Of a stretch of DNA of 51,838 nucleotides, positions 17,801-25,340 are shown piece after piece. Both the position numbers and the translations under genes were made by a program. The notes under the pieces are model-generated. The model was not told the origin of the DNA and did no database searches. It saw only the letters and a list, made by a program, of their open reading frames with translations. The stretch covers positions 1-51,838 of the forward strand of contig CAJBWJ010000032.1 in NCBI GenBank assembly GCA_903959355.1, read 5' to 3'. Position 1 is the first letter of the stretch. Each line of letters begins with the position of its first letter. The DNA comes from an uncultured bacterium. GTDB lineage: Bacteria > Patescibacteriota > Microgenomatia > UBA1400 > PJMF01.

Positions 17801-18728
17801 GCGGCAATTGATCAAAAGTGACCTGCATTCCCGGAGGAAGTCCAAGTTTAGCCAATGACTCTGCATTAAAATATCTATTAAGAGCCTGATTGATCGCTAT
17901 AATTGAAAGAGATTGAATGTAGAGCTTGGATTCTGAGTCTAGCTCGGAGATTTTGACAGGTGTTCTTGATTGGTCTGGAGGTTGATCTGGTCTTCTTTGG
18001 CTTTCATCGCTTTTTTTCTGGCCATCCTGATCATTTCCTCCAAGATCAGAAGAATTGCCTGAAGCGCCTCCTCCACCTCCAAGTAAAATGCTTCCACCTC
18101 CACCGCCACCACTACCATCTGAGGCAGTAGTTCCTAATTGCTCGTCGTCATCTCTTGATTTATTTGTATCGAGAGGGCCAATACTTGGGGCCAAAATTTC
18201 ATGAATCAATTCTATTAACTTAATGATTCTGTCAGTTAGCTGTTCATTTTCAATGCGCTCCAGCTCTTCAATCGTGATTTTATTATTGGATGGGTGAACT
18301 CCAATCCATTCAAAAACACTTTTGATGTCATCTAATTTATTTCCTTGTTCCTGAGTGACAACAAAATTTCTATTACTCTTTAATGACGTGCGAATTTGTT
18401 CAACAAAATTAAGAAGATCTGAAAGAAAAATAAATGGTTGATCATCTGGATTTCCGATTCGACCCTCCAAAAGATCTTCAGCTCTACTTAGATCAAAGCG
18501 ATTGTCGCTAAAATGCCTTCCGGAGTCTGGTTTTTCAACGATGATGTTGCAAGTAACTTTTCTTGTGCCGGCTGAAACACTATAAAAATTTTTAATCCAG
18601 TAAGCACTATCACTTAAAACCTCATTGATTGCTTGTGGCTGCAAGTTTTCAACGCCAGAAATCTTCTTAAGACCAATACGGTCAGAGCGTTTAAAAATTT
18701 TGTTTTCTGAACTAGAAGAACTTGCCAT
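14877..18728 (-). CDS. 1283-aa membrane protein: cytoplasmic N-region with poly-Gly, TM helices, extracytoplasmic Cys-rich degenerate M23 (LytM)-like domain
   Basis: No signal peptide. GSGGGGGGSILLGGGGGASG is encoded near 18060-18120. TM helices are WPWLVALAVLAALSSMLPLLLLLAPAAIML (~16310-16405) and AVIATVGASTIFIFIY. The C-terminal 15012-15362 region reads SHSPPNAGGFGDSYDIG...GPPVYANFDGN...YYEDFAHF...VEAGFMIGLMSNRGIGDVHSHFG. This parallels the M23 order H..D / G.PV.A / Y.HL / G..IG..G.TG...HLHF seen in the bona fide M23 at 44054-45229. Confidence 0.5.
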   Translation of the reverse strand: MASSSSSENKIFKRSDRIGLKKISGVENLQPQAINEVLSDSAYWIKNFYSVSAGTRKVTCNIIVEKPDSGRHFSDNRFDLSRAEDLLEGRIGNPDDQPFIFLSDLLNFVEQIRTSLKSNRNFVVTQEQGNKLDDIKSVFEWIGVHPSNNKITIEELERIENEQLTDRIIKLIELIHEILAPSIGPLDTNKSRDDDEQLGTTASDGSGGGGGGSILLGGGGGASGNSSDLGGNDQDGQKKSDESQRRPDQPPDQSRTPVKISELDSESKLYIQSLSIIAINQALNRYFNAESLAKLGLPPGMQVTFDQLPLEIRRQLMDRSFLQVETLLLGGEFSLDKLISDSSQRINFSNQAALGLLMDVHGLNLINSAVRDIAMRGKGAEKRTKENEKKKLTKDKISQRIKNDKENILSTEAAQKQIDKTAANPDFARVIERELDIINNEQQLDKTLLEKLSGIIGYDSVTNERIVNNTRSIIELLIQQGLPPEYLIPDPKNFDYNRFKNIFGNDIDQKQFNEHKEELANLIIFYWKRKRAIWAKEIREEFSQEKLTPEEAQKLYEKIKKDPKRAAVLRNLGTTLNYTGGRSTAEELAENAGELNELDELDGLVDNKAAEDFKAQQKDLISKYLSAKLAELKPAEQQKTMKVYFEFYMPGVAYTTYNIQIFETTILPQINPMDLYMIQAGEAFGPGAFARDESGYVQQAFDPETEYHGTGLMDSAIGQTGKRLAAEAIGDALYLIPGFGEGLLAAEASIPILKQIKNQLIEMGLEKVLEFIKKNWPWLVALAVLAALSSMLPLLLLLAPAAIMLRNGFAGIKDFFSGAEKALGKIGEGIGGFGSQSGTNLAQRAAAQGQGAGAQFPQGAKTLMNQFSSSAMATAGQAVIATVGASTIFIFIYQTSLNSAFLTDFPKNESEINGGAGGEKTSKYAEINKTAVIKTGCASPENDGAKCENPSFPLSIEYTVTIKPKEDFSLQITDIKDTIKFKQSKKGWEEAGQAMPSIPSEKLLDFDYFKDLIKEQGGLTNTPLSTTPTPTIGSGEITPTPSETVPTDGVIVIPAGESLTFTYTLDELDSNYNHTAILNTIEANFYYQNSFMSGTDNVTTAARVCLGNCSAGAGCWPSTGTIWQLPFGDYSHSPPNAGGFGDSYDIGCDGCSGAAIYGPPVYANFDGNLCFKRCDDNQYGCRYILEFQYEGQTYYEDFAHFQEPNPALSTPNTCMQVEAGFMIGLMSNRGIGDVHSHFGTVIDAGGGWWGSKPASSAIEQLMPETDNGNSPAKVGDHVTSCYD

Positions 18729-18737
18729 GACTAGCCA

Positions 18738-18743
18738 ATTATA
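18738..18743 (-). promoter_or_regulatory. candidate -10 hexamer for the 18728->9205 operon (near-leaderless)
   Basis: Reverse strand TATAAT lies 9 nt upstream of the ATG at 18728. No SD and no convincing -35. Confidence 0.35.
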
Positions 18744-18883
18744 GCTGCAAGTAACAGAGAAGGGTAGTTATAGTAGGAGCTTTTTTGCAAAGAAAATGAG
18801 TATTTTAATGTATTTTTTGGTCTGTCTGTTAAAAATTACATTTTAAATAGATTTGCATCTGGGTTTTTCCATTCTAATTGTAG

Positions 18884-18889
18884 TATAAT
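18884..18889 (+). promoter_or_regulatory. candidate -10 hexamer for the 1215-aa gene
   Basis: TATAAT lies 34 nt upstream of the ATG at 18924 in the 195-bp divergent spacer. No good -35. Confidence 0.3.
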
Positions 18890-18923
18890 TTTCACTGTTA
18901 TACTCTTGTATTTCTTGTAAAAA

Positions 18924-21900
18924 ATGAACCCAGAAGCGCAAACAGAATACCAGCGAAAACTTGAAGAAGCATCTGAAAAAGTTATTGCTAACTTGAAGCG
19001 TAAAAGAGATCACTTGGGTTTAAGCTACGAAGAGTTGAAGGATGAGATAAAAGCATCAATTAAAGAGAAAATACTTCCAATAGCTGATGAATATGATAGC
19101 TTACTAGCTGGTGAGATTAACATAGACACTCCTCTCGCAGCAATTTCAAAGAAAATTAAATCGGCTTTTGAACCTGTAAAAGAACCAATAAAAAAAGATG
19201 AAGATGAGGAAGATGTAGACTCTGAATCAGATGATCTGGAGTCTTTGAAGACTTATCAAAAAATACTAGACAAGATAGCTTTTTATACACAGGCAATTGC
19301 GGAAATAGGAAAAATTAAAAATGAAATAGTAGCTGATCCTGGCTTTTCTAAATCAAATGTTGTCGCAGGATTGGCTCCATTCCTAGATTTATTTTTTGAG
19401 GCAGGTTTAAAAGTTGACTTTGTAGTAACTGTAGAACGTGAGGGTTTTGATGATCCGGTAGAATTGCATAAGAATGACACCATTCTCTTAAAAGATATAG
19501 CAATGGCAATCAAACTCAATAAGGATGCAAGAGGTGCAAGAGCGAGAAGAGACATTGAATCTTTTACAGAATCTGTTTTTGGAAGACTACAAATACCTAA
19601 AGATGAAGTTCCAACCACACCAAAAAGAATTATTTCGATGCTGGCGAAGGAATTTTTTAATTTAGTCCCAGACTTTAAAAATTTAAAAGTAGCTTTAATT
19701 GACCAAACAATCGAGCTTGCCAAAAAGAAAAAAGATACATACGAAGATTCCACTCAAAGAATCAATAAGAATTACGAAAAAATATTTAATCCAAAATTAG
19801 GAGATCTAAAAACTGTTTTAGATGATTTCGGCGACGATCTAACCCATAGGGGATATGAAAAAGGAAAAATAAGTAAGAAAAAGCAGGATGGGTTGACAGA
19901 TGAGCTAAATGATAAAACTAAAGTTGTCCTAATGGAGCTTGGAAGCATGAGACGTCCGGTTTCAGAAAAAAAGAATAGTTTAAATGAGCTGCTGTCCTTA
20001 ATTCAATCTTATGAGGAAGATTTTGCTGCAAACGAAGACGATGAGGCTTCTGGAAAAATAGACAAAAAAGAATTAAAAAGACTGCAGAATAGCCTGCAAG
20101 ATAAATTGATACTAAAAGCCAGTAAAATCGCAAAAAGCATTGACCTGAAAAAGGAGCAATTAGAAGATTCTAAAGAATTAGAACAAGCAAAATCAACAAT
20201 TAAAGATGAAATTTATAAGGCAGACTCGGTTTTAATAATGTACGATTTCTTCCAAGACGAGCTTGTGAGACAAAGAACCCTGTTTATTGAGGAGTGGGGA
20301 TTGGATGAATTTACAAAAGACATTGAAAATAGAGAAGTTGATAGTTTGAGTCCTTGGGAAATAGTTAAATATGTGATCAAAAAAGAGGTGGCATTTTGGA
20401 CGCCGCTTCATCAAGAATCAGACAATGAATTTTTAAGAGCTTTGGTTGATAAGATTAAATACAATTTCATGGAAGATGGTAAGGGTTACGAATCTAATGG
20501 ATCTAGAATGGGTACTGACGATGACGCGTGGTCAAACTCAGAGGGCAGAACGATAATGGGGTTACTGCAAACCTATGCTTTGTATGCAAGCAGTATACAT
20601 GGTGAGCATTTTGCTGAAGGAAAAAAAGACGAACTTTTCAATAATCTTAGAGCTTTTAAGATCACTAGAGAAGGATTATATGGGGAAACTCTTGGTCATC
20701 CAGTTTATGGACCTTATTTAACCAAGATTATGGAAATTTCTCAATATTTGCCAACTTTGCGTCAAGGATCTCTACCTCCAATAGCAATACTTTCTGATCT
20801 GAATCTCTTAAAAAGTAAAATGATTCCAGATCAATATGAAATATTCAAAGATAGACTGGGCAGAGCAGTTAATCCATCCAGGCTAGTTGTGCTGCATGAA
20901 AGAAATGTTATTAGAGAAGGTAAGAGTATCAAGCTTGCTGCAGATAGATTTGTAAAAGACGATGATGGCAATTGGGCTTTTTATCCTGGCGAAGAAACTT
21001 TGCCAACAGATCAATTGATCCTGACATCAAATCCTGACTTTAGTTACCAAACCCTCTCTGGAAATATTGGTAGAACAGTAGCTTCAAGACTTCATGAATT
21101 TGCAGCAGAATTAATAGATAATAATCCGGAGCAATTTGGCTTAACTAAAGATGATATTCCAAAAAATGAAGACAATGTTTTTGCTGTGCAAACATTTGCT
21201 CAGTTTTTGTTTTATTCTTTTCCATTTTTAACTAAAATTTATGCAGATTATGAATTACAAACGCAAACAGCTTCTCATACTGTAAAGAGTGAAACATTAA
21301 ATTGGAACAAGCTGTTCTCTCCACTCGGTGAGGCTATTCAAGATTCTGATCGATATGGACTCAGATCAGCTTTAATGTGGATTTTTGTTTATTATGCTCC
21401 GTTCAAAGAGGGATTATTCGGAGCCTCTGGTAATTCGACAAGAATTAATCGTATTCAAAAGCTCATGATAGCTCATCAAAAATTTGTTTTTGGTGAAGAC
21501 GCAATGTCGCATATTGCCGGACAGCTAGACGCTCATAATTATTTTGGTTTGCCACTAGGTTTCACAACTGCACTCGACATGATAAAAATCTCCGAAGGAG
21601 AAATTTCTAGACTTTTTGGAGACATAATTCATGAAGATGGAAGAGTAAATCCAGGATCATTTGAAAATCCACATAAAATTGGTCCAAAAGGAGATATTGA
21701 TGCTGATGATGATGGTAAAAAAGTTGAAGGTCTTCCTGCTTATGACTGGGATTTATTTTTGCTTTCAGCCAAAGCTTATTTAAAATTATTAGAGACAACC
21801 ATTAAAGATATAGAAGTTGGCAGCTTAACTCTACATGATTTGGAACAAGGAGAATTGAATCCAATCACTCAGCTTCTATTTAAAGTAATGGGGCAATTTA

Positions 21901-22571
21901 AAATGTGGTTTTTTGGCAATGAAGATAGCCCAGCTAACGTATTGAAAAAATCCAGTCCTCTTGTATTTCATGCATTTCTAAGACATGCTCACGCCACCAA
22001 AAGAGAGAGACCTGCTGATGTGGTCAAGATTTTTTCAGCCATAATGAAGGCAGTGGAGTCTTCTCTCGGAATTATCGGTAGCGGTCCTAAAGTTAATAGA
22101 GGTTTAGGTTCCGGATCAGTGAGCAAGGCTGTTGCTGTTGTTCATGAGTGGATGGAAGGTCATCATGACGAGCGTGTGTATAGCGATGGAAAACCAAATT
22201 GGGGAGAAGCAATCTCGAGAGGCCTAGGAGGCCAACCTATGCTTGATCCAAAAATTTGCGATGGTTTTACTCCATTATCTGGAAGTTGTTTTGATGCCAG
22301 GCAACCTCTACTGATTGATTACTTGAAGCTTCTTTGGGAAGATTTTTCTGAAGAATACACCACAAAAGAAAATCCAGATGGACTTGGCAAGTGGCCATTC
22401 GTAATAACAGCTGATTTAGGGATTAAATATGTTGCCTGGGCTCCATCCGAGGCCCCTATTAAGCTTAGTGGTAGAACTAATGAATGGACAGAAATTGTAG
22501 ATTGGTTTAGAGCTCGAATTCTGCGTAAAGAGCCAGTCTCATCCCCTCTTAAAAGACCTAAGTTTGATTGA
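18924..22571 (+). CDS. 1215-aa hypothetical cytoplasmic protein (no TM, no signal peptide, no recognisable domain)
   Basis: Long uninterrupted ORF with codon and amino-acid usage like its neighbours. The N-terminal ~450 aa are acidic and coiled-coil-like. It is transcribed divergently from the T4SS-like operon and ends with TGA. Confidence 0.7.
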   Translation: MNPEAQTEYQRKLEEASEKVIANLKRKRDHLGLSYEELKDEIKASIKEKILPIADEYDSLLAGEINIDTPLAAISKKIKSAFEPVKEPIKKDEDEEDVDSESDDLESLKTYQKILDKIAFYTQAIAEIGKIKNEIVADPGFSKSNVVAGLAPFLDLFFEAGLKVDFVVTVEREGFDDPVELHKNDTILLKDIAMAIKLNKDARGARARRDIESFTESVFGRLQIPKDEVPTTPKRIISMLAKEFFNLVPDFKNLKVALIDQTIELAKKKKDTYEDSTQRINKNYEKIFNPKLGDLKTVLDDFGDDLTHRGYEKGKISKKKQDGLTDELNDKTKVVLMELGSMRRPVSEKKNSLNELLSLIQSYEEDFAANEDDEASGKIDKKELKRLQNSLQDKLILKASKIAKSIDLKKEQLEDSKELEQAKSTIKDEIYKADSVLIMYDFFQDELVRQRTLFIEEWGLDEFTKDIENREVDSLSPWEIVKYVIKKEVAFWTPLHQESDNEFLRALVDKIKYNFMEDGKGYESNGSRMGTDDDAWSNSEGRTIMGLLQTYALYASSIHGEHFAEGKKDELFNNLRAFKITREGLYGETLGHPVYGPYLTKIMEISQYLPTLRQGSLPPIAILSDLNLLKSKMIPDQYEIFKDRLGRAVNPSRLVVLHERNVIREGKSIKLAADRFVKDDDGNWAFYPGEETLPTDQLILTSNPDFSYQTLSGNIGRTVASRLHEFAAELIDNNPEQFGLTKDDIPKNEDNVFAVQTFAQFLFYSFPFLTKIYADYELQTQTASHTVKSETLNWNKLFSPLGEAIQDSDRYGLRSALMWIFVYYAPFKEGLFGASGNSTRINRIQKLMIAHQKFVFGEDAMSHIAGQLDAHNYFGLPLGFTTALDMIKISEGEISRLFGDIIHEDGRVNPGSFENPHKIGPKGDIDADDDGKKVEGLPAYDWDLFLLSAKAYLKLLETTIKDIEVGSLTLHDLEQGELNPITQLLFKVMGQFKMWFFGNEDSPANVLKKSSPLVFHAFLRHAHATKRERPADVVKIFSAIMKAVESSLGIIGSGPKVNRGLGSGSVSKAVAVVHEWMEGHHDERVYSDGKPNWGEAISRGLGGQPMLDPKICDGFTPLSGSCFDARQPLLIDYLKLLWEDFSEEYTTKENPDGLGKWPFVITADLGIKYVAWAPSEAPIKLSGRTNEWTEIVDWFRARILRKEPVSSPLKRPKFD

Positions 22572-22631
22572 TCAAACTAGTTTTCACGGAATTTAATTAT
22601 TAGGAGACTTAAATTTTAGAAGTTTCAGATT

Positions 22632-24377
22632 TTAAGAACTTCCACCCTTACCTAGATTAGCGCCTGCGCTTGGAGTCTCTGTCTTTGCTTCAGCAGCTTT
22701 TCCATGACCTTCACCAGGCTTATTCTTCTCAAGGTTATGTTTATACATGTCTTCAGCCCAATTCTTTCTCAAAATGCTGCCGCTAGTGATGTCTTGTATT
22801 GTGGTATTTGCCGTACGACCCCATTCCATTCCTTCTCCAGCTCCACCAAGCATACCCTTAGATTTCATCTCTATTGCATTTCCATCACCATCATTCTGAC
22901 CTGTAATTGTTCCACCCATAATAGCGTGCGATAGAGCACCTCTAGCGCTTCCACCACCTTGCTTATAGTAGTTTTTATAATCTCTGTAAGCACTAACGCC
23001 TCCAGGAACTGCTTTGGCCACAGCACCTGCTACTGGCAAACTGGCATCAGCAATTGGTTTCATCTTGCCAAATGCACTGCTGGCTAACTGTCCAAATATT
23101 CCTTCATCCACGCCCATAGCTTTTTTGACCTGTTGCATGATCTCTGGAATGACCAATAAAACACCAATGCCAAGAATTACTGGAACAATGGCACCCTGGC
23201 CCTGGCCAACTAAAAATGGAGGCATAAAGCCACCACCAAAAGCTGTGTCTAGAGTTTGTCCGGTGCCTTGTAAAGCGCGAATTGGAGCAGTCAGCATTCT
23301 TTGTACTAATACACAAACTAAAACAACTGGCCAAAGAACTAGATTGCCTACCAGATCTTTAATCCATTTACCAAAAACATTCTTTCCAGGAAAAGCACCC
23401 ATCATTAAAACGATTGGCGAAAAAATAATTTGAATAAGTACAGCCACATAAGTTTTGACTAATTCGAAGAAAACCTTAAATGTGGCAAAAAGAATAGCAA
23501 TACCGATGATAACTGTACCAAGTAAACTAGACATCCAGGCAATAGCTTCACCAACCAGGCCAATATTTAAGGCATCTTCCATAAACTGTTCAATAGCATT
23601 TTGAGTAGCACCAGTAGTACCTTTAAACATTAGACCAACTAGGCCAAAAATATTTCGAGTAACAATATCTGTTCCTTCGGAGAAGAAACCAGCCAACATA
23701 TACATGGCGACATACATTAAATCAATCATAAAACCAGCAATGGCATAGGAAAAAGTAACAGCGAGCATGGCGACAATGACACTTGGAATGGCTTGTTGCG
23801 CGGTAATTGCGGCTTGGCCAACCTTAGTTCTAAACATGATCATAAAACCAATAATTAAGAAAATTAAAACAAAGAATAGATAAGCTAAATTGCGAAAAGC
23901 CTTCCAAGTTTCTAGGATTGGATCGAGAGCAGAGAAGCCTAAACCCTGAGCTTGAGCTTCTGGAATGATTTTGGCTGATCTCATGACATCGGCGACATAA
24001 ACGCGAGCACTAGCAGGTTGTTTGTAGAGAGCAACAATGCCTTTGTTGACATCACCAAGTACGCCATAACCAAGCTGCTTTTCCAAAGCTTTTCGCTCGG
24101 AAGTCGTAATATCTGCACTTTTTGGTATACCTGCCATGCCAACACTATGAAAAACCAATCCAGTAAAAATATTTGAAAGACTTTCTTGATCAAACTTTTC
24201 TTTATCTGCTTCTATTTTAGCAAAAGACTTAGCACTTTTTGTGCCAGAGGCGGTAGTAAAAATTCCTTGCAACCAATCGATAACGCTAGCTGCTTTGGCA
24301 GGCTTAGCTGACATGAAAAAACATGAGAAAACAAAAAATAAAATCAGCAGTAGGCGAGAGGCTTTTTTCTGCATCAT
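22632..24377 (-). CDS. VirB6/TrbL-like polytopic membrane protein with Gly-rich C-terminal tail
   Basis: The ORF track gives 22632-24455. The internal ATG at 24377 (or 24374) yields a textbook signal peptide MMQKKASRLLLILFFVFSCFFMSAKPAKA|AS. About 7-8 TM helices are followed by a ~130-aa Gly-rich soluble tail. Assignment rests on topology, size and neighbourhood, and no motif was verified. Confidence 0.5.
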   Translation of the reverse strand: MMQKKASRLLLILFFVFSCFFMSAKPAKAASVIDWLQGIFTTASGTKSAKSFAKIEADKEKFDQESLSNIFTGLVFHSVGMAGIPKSADITTSERKALEKQLGYGVLGDVNKGIVALYKQPASARVYVADVMRSAKIIPEAQAQGLGFSALDPILETWKAFRNLAYLFFVLIFLIIGFMIMFRTKVGQAAITAQQAIPSVIVAMLAVTFSYAIAGFMIDLMYVAMYMLAGFFSEGTDIVTRNIFGLVGLMFKGTTGATQNAIEQFMEDALNIGLVGEAIAWMSSLLGTVIIGIAILFATFKVFFELVKTYVAVLIQIIFSPIVLMMGAFPGKNVFGKWIKDLVGNLVLWPVVLVCVLVQRMLTAPIRALQGTGQTLDTAFGGGFMPPFLVGQGQGAIVPVILGIGVLLVIPEIMQQVKKAMGVDEGIFGQLASSAFGKMKPIADASLPVAGAVAKAVPGGVSAYRDYKNYYKQGGGSARGALSHAIMGGTITGQNDGDGNAIEMKSKGMLGGAGEGMEWGRTANTTIQDITSGSILRKNWAEDMYKHNLEKNKPGEGHGKAAEAKTETPSAGANLGKGGSS

Positions 24378-24485
24378 AAGACAAGTATATTTTAGAGTAA
24401 GTAGGGTGAAACTGCAAAAGATAAATAGAATTAAATAAGACAAGTCTATTGACAATTTTTATAAAAACATTTAAAACAATCATAG

Positions 24486-25340
24486 ATGATCGATCAAGCA
24501 CAAACTGATAAATTTAAGGAAATTCTAGGGTTAAGTAAAAATACTTTAGTTATTTTTCCAGAAACCAAAGATCTCGATTTGTTTTTAGCTAGTTATTGTC
24601 TTTATTCTTTTTTGTCTTCAAATAGTGATGCTAGGTTACTTAGTCCAAAATTTAAGCAAAAACTTCCTACTGAGCTTCTTGATTTAGTTGAAAGTAAAAA
24701 AATCGAAACTGAACTTGGTAAAGAAAATTTATTGATGAGTTTTCCTTATCAAGAAGAACAGGTTGATAATGTTTCTTATTACATTGGCGAGCAAGACAAG
24801 CGCTTTTATTTGACTATAAAGCCGAAAAAAGGCGTCACTCCTCTCGATAGTTCCAAAGTTGAATTTTCATACGCCGGCAGCCAAGCTGATCTGTTGATTT
24901 TATGTGGAGTAGAGGATTTGGAAAAATTAGGGCAATTGTATTTTGCTTATGAAAATCTTTACAAAAGCGTTAACAATCATTTAGTAACAATCAATAATTT
25001 TATTCCTGACTTTGGCAATTTGAATTTAGACATTTCTCCAACCAGCTCTTACTCTGAAGCTGTTTTTTATTTGCTTAAGAACTTAGATGGAGAAGATCAA
25101 GACATTTTAGCTAAAAGTGATATCCCAACGCTGCTCCTTTATGGCATTGAATATAAAAGTCGTGGACTACAATCATTTGATGTAAACGCTAATACTTTTT
25201 TGGCAGTAGCTCAACTGCTTCAGCTTGGGGGAATGCGTTTGTTCAAATTGGATATAAAAACCAAAGAATCTAGTCTCGCAAATTCTTTGAAAAAAAGCCA
25301 AAAAATTATTGACCAGAACCAGATTCATTTAATAAAATAG
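24486..25340 (+). CDS. hypothetical cytoplasmic protein
   Basis: 284 aa with no TM. Faint resemblance to the DHH/NrnA N-domain layout, but the catalytic DHH/DxD motifs are absent. The 3' end overlaps the convergent 974-aa gene by 35 nt. Confidence 0.5.
   Translation: MIDQAQTDKFKEILGLSKNTLVIFPETKDLDLFLASYCLYSFLSSNSDARLLSPKFKQKLPTELLDLVESKKIETELGKENLLMSFPYQEEQVDNVSYYIGEQDKRFYLTIKPKKGVTPLDSSKVEFSYAGSQADLLILCGVEDLEKLGQLYFAYENLYKSVNNHLVTINNFIPDFGNLNLDISPTSSYSEAVFYLLKNLDGEDQDILAKSDIPTLLLYGIEYKSRGLQSFDVNANTFLAVAQLLQLGGMRLFKLDIKTKESSLANSLKKSQKIIDQNQIHLIK

Noticed and set aside
18729-18923. The 195-bp divergent spacer as an alternative oriC
   Set aside because: It contains no DnaA-box-like 9-mer with 1 mismatch or fewer, and it is more simply explained as a divergent promoter region.
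24378-24455. 26-codon N-terminal extension of the VirB6-like ORF
   Set aside because: The internal Met gives a canonical signal peptide and leaves a sensible divergent spacer. The extension would bury the signal peptide.
24486-25340. Calling the 284-aa protein an NrnA/DHH phosphoesterase
   Set aside because: Only a vague N-terminal layout similarity exists, and the catalytic DHH and DxD motifs are not present. It is left as hypothetical.
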